Assembly (NCBI GenBank): GCA_964016885.1
Contig: OZ024755.1
Coordinates: forward strand, 19,716,001 to 19,780,000
Direction: 5' to 3'
Source of the DNA: Eledone cirrhosa
Taxonomy: Eukaryota
Length of the DNA stretch: 64,000 nt
Position 1 is the first letter of the stretch; each line of letters begins with the position of its first letter. The position numbers were made by a program, and so were the translations under genes. Positions 53,133 to 64,000 of this stretch are shown here, piece after piece. The notes under the pieces were generated by a model that saw nothing but the letters and a program-made list of their open reading frames with translations, did no database searches and was not told where the DNA came from.

Positions 53133-53175
53133 GTTTCTGAAGAGGTCACATAATGTGTGACGAAAGAACTTTGAC
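53133..53175 (+). ncRNA. Candidate hammerhead at the 5' edge of a TA-flanked element (53129-53332)
   Basis: CTGAAGA-g-GTCACA taatg TGTGAC-GAAA-gaactt; stem II is perfect, stems I and III are weak. Confidence 0.5.
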
Positions 53176-53525
53176 AATATATGAACAATCGTCTGGTTGT
53201 GGAACCAACCAACCAACCAACCAGAAATTTATAAATTCTTAAATTTATAAATTTAATTTATAATAAATTGGAGTGAAAGCAACTGGTGCGTGTGTTTCTT
53301 ATTGGCAACATGACCCTCCCAAAGCATAACAATATATATATGTATAAAGGGTCCAGTAAACCTCAAAATAATGCCTATAAAATTATGTCAACAGTCGCAA
53401 CGGTTCAAATAGTCATTTCTTATCTCATGGTAATACTCTTGTGATATGTAGTTAATGAGTGTTACATTTTTATCCTGGATAATAAATACTCTGCTATAAA
53501 TACTGGTGTTTCAGGTCTACAAAAT

Positions 53526-54180
53526 AATTGTTTCTACTTTAGGCACAAGGCCAGCAATTACCCAGTACATTACTGGTACCTTATTTTATCGACCCCGTAA
53601 GGATGAAAGGCAAAGTTAGCCTCGGCGGGATTTGAACTCAGAATGGCAAGGGCCGTAACTCTATGCGTCAAAGCATGGCGTCCGACCCTCTACCAATACT
53701 GCCTACATAATGACTTCTAGTATAGGCACAAAGCCAGTAATTTGGGGAAGGGGAAAGTCGATTAAATAAACATTTAGCCTTAATAATTTGGAGGGAGGGG
53801 AAAGTCGATTACTGGTGCGTTATTTTATCAACCCCGTCAGGATGAAAGGCAAAGCTAACCTCGGCGTAAAGGGCCATAACTATGAACGTAAAGGGCCATA
53901 ACTATAACTATGCTGCAAAGCATGATGTCTAACGCTCTACCGATACTGCCAATCCACCACCCTTCAGGCCTCAGGCCTATATAATAATGGTTTCCTATAC
54001 AGGCACAAGGCCAGCAATTTTAGGGGAGGGGGAAAGTCGTGACAGATAGTTTATTTTATCGACCCCGTAAGGATGAAAGGCAAAATTAACCTCGGCGGGA
54101 TTTGAACTTAAATCATAAAGTGCCGTAACTATGCGTCAAAGCATGGCGTCCGACCCTCTACCGATAGTGCCAATCCACCA
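53526..54180 (-). mobile_element. Cluster of 3-4 family A SINE copies
   Basis: Repeated core motifs in short and long variants. Confidence 0.9.
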
Positions 54181-54947
54181 CTCTCCAAGCCTACATAATA
54201 ATGAAAATGATTGTGTACAGTACTCAGATGCACTACAACTCATCAAAGGTGAATGTATAGTACATAGAGTAATGTACATAAAGCAGGGAAGTGAACAGTG
54301 TATGAGTCATGATATACACACAGACGTGCGTATGTATGGAGGGGGAATATCAGCCGTGGTGTTGGCGAATTTTGGGAAGCATTGAAGTTTTGAAGGATAC
54401 AGTGTCCCGACTGCTAACCACTGATGAAGGTAGTCTGTTCCTTTAGCTAGAGGTGGTTACCATGCGTAGAAAATGAAACTGAGACACACAAATGAATTCT
54501 CATAGCGAGATATAATCAGAAACGAAATGATGGTATTTCTAGCGTATCCATTTGATTATCTTACCTTGACAAACTAAATATAAAATGTTAATAGCTTGAA
54601 TGCAGCGATCTGTGATAAGCTCCACATGGAATAATATTGATATATCCTAATCGTCAGTTCAGAATTTAATACTTATAACTCACAACATCCTATTAAACAT
54701 ACATTTTCTGAAGATAGGCCGGTCGATTGGCAGTATCGGTAGAGAGTCGGACTCCATGCTTTGCAGCATAGTTACGTCCCTTTATGGGCCAAATGTGGAC
54801 AATAATCCCTCAAAGGACAGAGATCAGCAGCCGACAGAAAGACAACGTTTGGCTGTTTTAACACCTGTTCTAGCAATACATATCTATTTGTATTCTAATA
54901 CACTCTCGCTTCATCTCGTTCAGAGATAACATTCTTTTCTTTTCATT

Positions 54948-55137
54948 GCGGTGGATTGGCAGTATCGGTAGAGGGTCGGACGCCATGCTTTCCAGCATAG
55001 TTATGTCCCTTTACGATCTGAGTTCATATCCCGCCAAGGTTAACTTTGCCTTTCATCCTTAAGGGGTCGATAAAATAAAGTACCAGTAATACAACTGGGA
55101 TAATTGCTGGCCTTGTGCCAAAAGTAGAAACAATTAT
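54948..55137 (+). mobile_element. Family A SINE (a head-only fragment also lies at 54717-54785)
   Basis: Full-length consensus match. Confidence 0.9.
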
Positions 55138-55526
55138 CTGAAGAAAAGTCTACGTCAAAATATACGGATTCACTTAAACTCACGTAAAAGTACATTATCT
55201 ATTTGAGGAAGATTTATTGCACTAATTCCATTCATTGACTTCGGGATCGTTTAATGAACACGTGTTTGAAAGATTCAATGTTATAGTTCATGGCACACCA
55301 CTATTTTGTCCCTTGACATATGGAAGATGGGAGTACATCTCGCCCAAAATAACACACCTCCCTAGTCCTAGAAAAGAAGGCGTTGACAGTGTAAATCCTG
55401 ATATGTAAAAATACATGACAATGAATTCGATAATGTTTATTATTATCGGTCTACTAGATGACGACTGACAAAGGGATAAACAACAACAGCCATGTTATAT
55501 ATATATATATATATAAATATATATAT

Positions 55527-55760
55527 ATAAACTTAGGAAAATCAACAAAGAGAAGACAAGACAATGAATGAAAACAAGGCAAAACGAAAAACAATTTTTT
55601 TTAAGGGGAAACCTTGAAAAAATATTTTTGGAAAATAAAAATTCAAACGAAAGACACAGAACTCCAGGTTCATCGGCTGTTGAGATGGACTTAGGCAGTT
55701 TCGACCCCTACCAACGGTATTGCTCGTTCAACTGGGGTCACATCTCAAAGCGCTGTACTA
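55527..55760 (-). mobile_element. Family G copy 2 with core-deleted hammerhead (55680-55748)
   Basis: Minus strand: TTGAGATG-tGACCCC..GGGGTC-GAAA-CT gccta AG-TC-CATCTCAA; 8-bp stem I, GUC triplet, CUGA missing. Confidence 0.65.
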
Positions 55761-56072
55761 TGGAGTAAGAGACGAGACAAACACCAACCCATAGCAATTA
55801 AGCAATGACAAGTATGCTTAGAATTTCACGTGACGACAAGAGAAAGGAAGTGTGCCTCTTGTTATGTATGTATGTATGTATGTATGTACTATAGAGAAAG
55901 ACGAACAAATAAACTTTGATTAAAAAGGACTAATTTGAGTTTTTAACTCAATATATATATATGTATGTGGTTGACGGCTGAGAGAAAAGAGGACTCAATA
56001 CTTAACTCATAACCCTGTAATAAATAGGCGAAACTTCAGAGTAACAAGACTCATCAGTTAGCCTTAATAAAA

Positions 56073-56115
<43 letters not shown>

Positions 56116-56796
56116 GCATACATACATACCTAATTTAGATCGATACGGAATACAAGAATTTCGACCTCACTGCAGCATGTGTATGTATGTGTATATATAA
56201 CAATAATTTTGATCGATATACAAGAATGTTGACCTCACTGCAGCATATATATATATATACATACATACACACACATATAAGCACGTGACGTGTTCTTGTA
56301 TATATATATATATATATATGTGTTTGTGTGCGTCGTTTTCTTGAGATGCAGAATTGTTCTTATAGTAGCGACAGGGGAAGGCCGGAATAAAACATGTTAA
56401 AATACGTGTGATTATTTTGATTCTTATCATATATCGATATAAAACGATAAAAATAATTTCTTTTCTTACAGTTGAACAAAACATTTATACAATATTAATG
56501 AGAACAATATTTCTCGAAGCGGATATATTTCCTCAAGGGAATATTGCAGAATATAATTGTATATAAACATGTCCCTATAATATAAATTAAAACAATATTA
56601 CAGATTCTATGGAGGCTGACGTGGCCGACTGTTTAAGAAGCTTGCTTCGCAGTCATGTCATAAGTTTGATCCGACTGCAGGCCATTTTTGACAGGTAATT
56701 GACGGAAATTGTAAGATGGATGGATTGTACATGTAATTCAAATGTCTATTCTTTTGCCCATACGACATTACGCTAATTTCGTATGTAGAACAAACA

Positions 56797-57012
56797 ATAG
56801 TTTCTGATTTAAATACAAGGCTAAACATTCTGGGGCAAAGGAAAATCGATTAAATCGACCCCAATGTGTTACTGATGCTTTATTTTATCAACCCCGTTAG
56901 GATGAAAGGCAAAGGTAACCTTAACGGGATTTGAACTTAGAACATATAAGGTGGTAACTATATGTAACAAAGCATGTTCTCCGATGCTCTACAAATCCTG
57001 TAAATCCGCCGC
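56797..57012 (-). mobile_element. Older family A SINE (long variant)
   Basis: AATCGATTAAATCGACCCC...GGATGAAAGGCAAAG...GGATTTGAACTTAGAAC. Confidence 0.8.
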
Positions 57013-57344
57013 TCTTTATATACAGCAATTAATGAAAAACATTTTCAAATATAACCCTTGTAGATTTATACCAGTCACAGTTGGGGGTATTGATCATTCA
57101 TTGATTTGTAGATCTATCTACAGTTTCTCCTACCAGATTAAGGTTGACAATTTGGAGATCAAACAATAAAATATTTGCCTATTTTCTTTAAAATATGCAA
57201 ATACAGCTCACCTTTCTTCATGTCTATTCGAAACATGTTTATTCAACGAAACCCGCCTACTAAAATGGAAAGCATGCTACACCTTATATATGTTGTGTCG
57301 GTTCAATTTAAGTAAATACTATTCTTTACTTCAGTACCAGCAGT

Positions 57345-57470
57345 AGCTGTGAGTTAATCCTGCGATAGACTGGCGTCCTGTCTAAGGAGTTTCTTGTACT
57401 CTGGGTCGCTTAACGCCAAGGAAACCGGGGATGAATAACGATCTGACGAGCCTTCGCCTTGGAACATACT
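57345..57470 (+). mobile_element. V-SINE-like fragment
   Basis: CCTGCGATAGACTGGCGTCCTGTC and GAAACCGGG..CTGACGAGCC resemble the V-SINE central domain as I recall it. Confidence 0.5.
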
Positions 57471-57491
57471 CTAACATTAACTAACAAACAT

Positions 57492-57705
57492 ATAAAAGCA
57501 AGATTCCTTGAAACTATCAAACGTATAAAGTTGAGATTCTCTCAATCTATCAAACAAATATAAAGGTAAGATTCCCTCAATCTATCAAATATTTAAAGGA
57601 AAGATTCCCTCATTCTATCAAACATAAAGGTAAGATACCGCCAATATATCAAACATATAAAAGTAATATTCCCTCAAACTATGAAACACATACAGGTAAG
57701 ATTCC
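57492..57705. repeat. Degenerate ~33-bp tandem repeat (ATAAAGGTAAGATTCCCTCAATCTATCAAAC)
   Basis: About six recurrences of AGATTC..CTATCAAA. Confidence 0.75.
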
Positions 57706-58172
57706 ACCCCCACCCCCTCCTATCATTATTATATGATTTCGATTCAAGTCTACTGAGATATTATTTCATTTCCAAAACCAAATTCTTGGAAAGAAAAAAA
57801 AATTGAAAAATACCCCCCAGCCCCACCACACACACACACACACACACATCATATTCTGAATAGCAGTTCTCTCTAAATATCTATCGTTTTGTTTATATAA
57901 GAAATCAATAATTTATTGATTGATATAATATAATTATGATTACGTTTAATTCTATGATATATTTTAACATGTGTTCTAATTCCCAGATTTCTTTGAATAG
58001 GCTATTAGGTTGTTATAAACAGAAATTTTCAAAAGTAAACGAACAGCAAAAGATGTCCACATAAGTAGCCTTGAAATGAAAACAAATATAGATTGATGAA
58101 TTGGTATTTTAACATGGGCCCAATATTGCATATTGTTTCCATAATCAATATTATATATATATATATATATAT

Positions 58173-58426
58173 ATATTAATTCAAAATATTAATAAATATA
58201 GACATACATGTAATCAAATATATTTTATTATATATATTTCGGAGGAAGCAGCACAGTACCTCCGAAATATATATAATAAAATATATTTGATTACATGAAT
58301 GTCTATATTTATTAATATTTTGAATTAATATTAATAATTCCAGAAAACTTTAACTGTTGAGTGCTTCTAATCTATTGTAAAACTATATTCATTGATTAAT
58401 CAATGAACCTTGTTTAAATTTTGTTT
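58173..58426 (+). mobile_element. Family K fold-back element (73-bp arms, apex in hammerhead loop II) plus tail
   Basis: ...TTTC-GGAGG aagcagcacagta CCTCC-GAAA-T-ATAT-A-TA-ATAAAA; arms 58173-58245 and 58259-58331. Confidence 0.8.
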
Positions 58427-58481
58427 ATATATATAATTATCGGTAGAGGGCCGGACGCCTTGGTTTTGACGCATAGAGTTA

Positions 58482-59931
58482 TATATATATATATATAATA
58501 ATTATATATATATATATATATAATAATTATATATATATATAATTATATATATATATAATTATATATATATATATATAATTATATATATATATATATAATA
58601 ATTATATATATATATAATTATATATATATATATATATAATAATTATATATATATATAATTATATATATATATATATATAATAATTATATATATATATAAT
58701 TATATATATATATATAATAATTATATATATATATAATTATATATATATATATAATTATATATATATATATATATATAATAATTATATATATATAATAATT
58801 ATATATATATATAATTATATATATATATATAATAATTATATATATATAATAATTATATATATATATAATTATATATATATATATAATAATTATATATATA
58901 TATAATTATATATATATATATATATAATAATTATATATATATATAATTATATATATATATATAATAATTATATATATATATAATTATATATATATATATA
59001 TAATAATTATATATATATATATATAATAATTATATATATATAATTATATATATATATATATAATAATTATATATATATATAATTATATATATAATAATTA
59101 TATATATATATAATTATATATATATATAATTATATATATATATATATATAATAATTATATATATATATAATTATATATATATATATAATAATTATATATA
59201 TATATAATTATATATATATATAATTACATATATATATAATTATTATATATATATAATTATTATAGATATATAATTATTATATATATATATATATAATAAT
59301 ATATATATATATAATATATATATAATTATTATATATATATATATGATAATTATATATATATATAATTATATATATATATAATTATATATATATATAATTA
59401 TTATATATATATAATTATTATAGATATATAATTATTATATATATATATATATAATTATTATATATATAATTATTTATATATATAATTATTTATATATATA
59501 TATAATAATATATATATATATAATATATATATAATTAATATATATATATATATTATATATATATATATAATTATTATATATATATATATAATTATTATAT
59601 ATCTTATATATATATATAATTATTATATATCTTATATATATATATATTATATATATATAATTATTATATATCTTATATATATATATATTATATATATATA
59701 ATTATTATATATATATTATATATATATAATTATTATATATCTTATATATATATATATTATATATATATAATTATTATATATATATATAATTATTATATAT
59801 ATAATAATTATATATATATATAATAATTATATATATATAATATATATATAATTATTTTATATATATATATATATAAATATATTATATATATATTATATAT
59901 ATAAATATATTATATATATATATAAATATAT

Positions 59932-59964
<33 letters not shown>

Positions 59965-59987
59965 ATATATATATATAATTATTTTAT

Positions 59988-60021
<34 letters not shown>
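58482..60021. repeat. About 1.5-kb almost pure A/T array, ((TA)nATTA)n, following a SINE head fragment (58438-58481)
   Basis: Direct reading. Confidence 0.95.
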
Positions 60022-60024
<3 letters not shown>

Positions 60025-60628
60025 TGAGTGGATAAGTAGATAAATAGGTAAAGAAAGTGTTTGTTGTAGGGAGATTTTCATTCTCTTATCGCATCCTACT
60101 GATATCCTCTTTTCCTGGTTTGATTAATTCGTAATACGTGACATGAAATATGAAAATAAACATTGGGAATTTTAAAAGTTAAAATATGCATTCCGCAGAA
60201 TTCTTCCCAGAAGCTTTAATAAATCAATTATTGAACACTTAAAGATCATACTGCATAAGTTTGTTTACTTCGTAGGCTGCACGACATTGCTGAAGTTTCA
60301 TGTCAGCAGGAAATCAGAATTGAGTAAAATTGTTTTGAATCCCAGAAAATATATTGAATTCTTTGCAGGAGTAAATACCTAATTGAAGGTTTGTAAAATA
60401 TAACAAGGAATAATGTGGCGGCAGAAAATGAAAAGAGGTTACTGTACAACAAGAGGGAGGCTATTTTCTGAGGAGATGTGTTAAAGTGAAATGAATTGTA
60501 TCGAGTATATAACTGGTATTTATTTAATAGCCCCAAGAGAAATGAAAGAATGAAAGGAAAATCTTTTTTTTTTTTTTTTTTTTTTTTTTACATTTTATAT
60601 GCTAACCGAGCATTTTGATTTGAACAAA

Positions 60629-61176
60629 ATAATTGTTTCTACTTTAGGCCAACAAATTACCCAGTACATTACTGGTACTTTATTTTATAGACCCCATAAG
60701 GATGAAAGGCAAAGTTAACCCTCTTCTGATACTGCCAATTCACCGCACAAAATAATGGTTTCTGATTTTTGGCATAAAGCCAACAATTTAGGAGAAGGGA
60801 AAATCAATTAAATCGACTCCAGTGCGTTACTGGTACTTTATTTTATTAACCTCGTAAGGATGAAAAGTAAAGCTAACGTCGACGAGATTTGAACTCAGAA
60901 AGTAAAGGAACGAAACTATATGCCTCACAGTATGTTGTCCGACGCTCTACCGATACTGCCAATCCACAGCTGATTTGAAAAATAATGCTTTCTGATTTAG
61001 GCACACGGCCAAAAATTTTGGGAGAGGGTCAAGTTGATTAAACCGACCATAGTGCGTTACTGGTGCTTTATTTTATTGTTTCCGTAAGGATAAAAGGGAA
61101 AGCTAACATCGGCGGGATTGGAACTCAGAAAGTAAAGGGACGTAACTATATGCTGAAAAGCATATAGTTACGTCCC
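60629..61176 (-). mobile_element. Cluster of three family A SINEs; the last ends in an 18-bp-arm fold-back
   Basis: GGGACGTAACTATATGCT GAAA AGCATATAGTTACGTCCC at 61137-61176. Confidence 0.85.
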
Positions 61177-61178
61177 GA

Positions 61179-61397
61179 CACGAGCGTCCCTGTCAACTCA
61201 GCTCTATAACTATCAGCACACCAGCGTCCCTGTCAACCCAGCTCTATAACTATCAGCACACGAGCGTCCCTGTCAACTCAGCTCTATAACTATCAGCACA
61301 CCAGCGTCCCTGTCAACTCAGCTCTATAACTATCAGCACACGAGCGTCCCTGTCAACTCAGCTCTATAACTATCAGCACACGAGCGTCCCTGTCAAC
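61179..61397. repeat. 40-bp minisatellite, 5.5 copies
   Basis: C(G/C)AGCGTCCCTGTCAACTCAGCTCTATAACTATCAGCACA at 61181, 61221, 61261, 61301, 61341 and 61381. Confidence 0.95.
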
Positions 61398-61744
61398 ATT
61401 AACTTCCAACATCCTGTTATAATTCAAAAGCAAATATCTAAAAACGAGATTGTTAATTCAAATGTTTACGATACCTTTACCATAAGACAAATCGTTGCAA
61501 ACATTGCAATATTAGAGTCGTTAAGACTTTAAAGTGATGTGGGTATAGTGTTGTTTTGTACTTTTCTAGAATGCGGTTTCCTGTGGAACATGATGTTTGT
61601 TGTTAATGTAATTATCTAGAGATAAAATCAAATGTGCCAATTGGTTAATTATTGATATTATTTCATTGGAACTGAGATTTACTGCTCACAGTTTAATGGG
61701 AAAATTCATAGTTGAGCGAGATGAATAAAGCAAAAAAAACTGAC

Positions 61745-62141
61745 AGAGAGGAGATAGGGAAGAGAGAGGAGATAGGGAAGAGAGAGGTAGAGAGAGAGAG
61801 AGCGAGAGACGGAGAGAGAGACGGACGGAGAGAGACGGAGAGAGAGAGACGGAGAGAGAGAGAGAGACGGAGAGAGAGAGACGGAGAGAGAGAGAGACGG
61901 AGAGAGAGAGAGAGAAAGAAAAATGGAGAGAAAGAAAGATGGAGAGAGAGAAAGAAAGATGGAGAGAGAGAAAGAAAGATGGAGAGAGAGAAAGAAAGAT
62001 GGAGAGAGAGAAAGAAAGATGGAGAGAGAGAGAGAAAGAAAGACGGAGATGGAGAGAGAGAAAGAAAGATGGAGAGAGAGAGAAAGAAAGATGGAGAGAG
62101 AGAGAAAGAAAGATGGAGAGAGAGAAAGAAAGACGGAGAGA
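61745..62141. repeat. GA-rich minisatellites (GACGGAGAGA)n and (GAAAGAAAGATGGAGAGAGA)n
   Basis: Direct reading; source of the E/R/K-rich ORFs. Confidence 0.95.
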
Positions 62142-62575
62142 TACAGTGGGAGTTAGAAAGATATGTATATAAATGTTATAAAATTAACATGGTTTATTAA
62201 TTAGATCCCCAACTAAATATCTGATTAGATTGCTTTTTCAGGTTAAGCATGGAGGAAATCCGGTGTTGTTATAGGACAAAGGGCATGCGTCATATATTTT
62301 ATAGGAAAATCAATTACAATATATAGAGAGCCCAAGCAATCCACAATATAGAAGATTATAAAGAGATATGATACTTATTGACCGTTTATAATATATAAGG
62401 ATAGGAAACAGAGCATTGAAATAGTCTAATGTAAATATTTTATAATAGCCTAGTTTGAATGTAGAACATTCTCAACGGAGAGTTCATATGATATATCAAT
62501 ATAAAGGATAAACATTTTGAGTGCTTCTGATTTTAAACTTAATCCACTGATAACACACAAACGCACACATATATG

Positions 62576-62720
62576 TAAAAGGTAAATAGAAGTAACAGCA
62601 CAATCGGTACAGTATATGGAAAGAATATATTAGTTTAACGCTTGAAATAGCAGGAAAAGGGTCTTAACGTTTCGAACGCTAGTGCTTCATCAGCAGAAAG
62701 AATGAAGGAACGGGCAGGGC
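62576..62720 (-). mobile_element. Family E copy 2 with intact-core hammerhead (62662-62697)
   Basis: Minus strand: tctg-CTGATGA-agcac tagc gttc-GAAA-CGT-T-AAGA. Confidence 0.7.
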
Positions 62721-63257
62721 GAAATCAGAGAGAGAGGAAGAGGGGGTGGAGAGAGTGGGAGAGAAGGAGGCAGAGGGAGAGAGAGAGCGAGAGAGCGAGA
62801 GAGAGAGAGAGAGAGCGAGAGCGAGAGCGAGAGCGAGAGCGAGAGAGAGCGAGCGAGCGAGCGAGAGAGAGAGAGAGCGAGAGAGAGAGAGCGAGAGAGC
62901 GAGAGAGAAAGAGAGAGAGCGAGAGAGAGCGAGAGAGAGAGAGCGAGTCAGTTCCACTACATGGTGTGCTAATTTGTTGGGGAACTAACTCAAAACAGAA
63001 CTCGTCCTTGGACTGAGGGTTCTATTCACTACGGATTTTTTACCACTATATATATATAAATACTATGTGGTAAACTATATTTGGTCGAGTGCAAGGTCTT
63101 TCCCCACTTAAAAAACCCTTCAAAGCACATGCATTGCTTGTTCTGGATATGTTATAGGTTTGTGTGGCTGGCCGTGGCCTAAAAGTGCACCAAACTCTGT
63201 AAACTGACAAGCAGCACTCTTAGCAGAGTTTGCAGCCATCTCATATATACATATATA

Positions 63258-63480
63258 GTAATAATAATAAATTTGAAGACTAAAATCCAAAGAGGGCTCG
63301 ATAAGGATAAATATATATCAAATATATAAGAACCGAAGAGCAAATATTTATTAAAATAACAGATTAAAGTTTGAGCAAAGAATCGCTGCTTTCACCCTTA
63401 ACGGGGTCTTCAGAAGATCCCGTTAAGGGTGAAAGCAGCGATTCTTTGCTTAAACTTTAATCTGTTATTTTAATAAATAT
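63258..63480 (-). mobile_element. Family D fold-back element (~68-bp arms, apex at 63412 inside CUGAAGA) plus tail
   Basis: Minus strand: CTGAAGA-ccccgttaagggt-GAAA-gcagcgattc; the palindrome centre is TCTTC-A-GAAGA. Confidence 0.7.
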
Positions 63481-63498
63481 ATATATATATATATATAT

Positions 63499-63691
63499 AT
63501 AGGTACCAGTAAGACCCCGACGGCTGAGCTCAAGCCGTTTCGACGGCTAATTTTGGTCCAGAATTAGCCGTCGAAACGGCTTGAGCTCAGCCGTCGGGGT
63601 CTTACTGGTACCTATTACCCACTCTACTACCCCAAGTATTGAGTACTTTGGTGCGTTATGGTCCACCTGGTTCCTTACCACATTTCCTTCG

Positions 63692-63695
<4 letters not shown>
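63499..63695 (+). mobile_element. Family B fold-back element, copy 7
   Basis: GACGGCTAATT..AATTAGCCGTC-GAAA-CGGCT tgagctc AGCCG-TC-GGGGT (stem II, GAAA, stem III, GUC, stem I 3' strand), then the tail. Confidence 0.85.
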
Positions 63696-63732
<37 letters not shown>

Positions 63733-64000
63733 GTATATATGGTGTATTGTAGATATCTTTCTATTTTGTTAAAAGAAACATTATTATTCATTAGGCATAA
63801 ATTTCGTTTTAATTGTGTCCATTTATGTTTAACAACTATAGGGAATGGTAAATTTTCATGAAAGAAAATAATTTCAAGAAATATATTAGTTGCAATTAAC
63901 TACAACACTTAAATTCTCTTTTTTCTTTCTGAAATTTTGACTGTTATAATAAAACAAGTATAATGTGAATCAATAAGTTATGCGAAATATAGTTTGCTAA

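Noticed and set aside
57421-57460. GAAAC...CTGACGAG as a permuted hammerhead
   Set aside because: The stems do not pair convincingly; better explained as a V-SINE-like segment.

Overview
AT-rich, microsatellite-dense eukaryotic non-coding DNA. The SINE repertoire resembles what I recall from octopus genomes (inference, not a database result). I cannot support any host protein-coding gene: nearly all long ORFs in the track are translations of (TA)n/(CA)n/(GA)n repeats or of SINEs. The window holds many copies of a tRNA-derived SINE (isolated, clustered, and one 4x195-bp tandem array), other SINEs, 3' remnants of RTE- and CR1-like LINEs, a mariner-type MITE and several minisatellites. The main discovery is a set of about 9 largely sequence-unrelated short element families (about 20 copies), sitting in or next to (TA)n tracts. 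They carry complete or half minimal type-I hammerhead ribozymes (CUGANGA...GAAA..NUH, often with a palindromic loop III), consistent with Penelope-like retroelement terminal repeats. Many copies are fold-back palindromes whose apex lies inside the ribozyme. Six to seven families share a covarying stem (ACUC/GCUC - inner helix - 2-nt U-N bulge - GAGU/GAGC) in the 3' tail, and the inverted or tail-less copies usually end about 5 nt upstream of it. This points to a conserved cis-signal for processing or integration that I do not recall being described.
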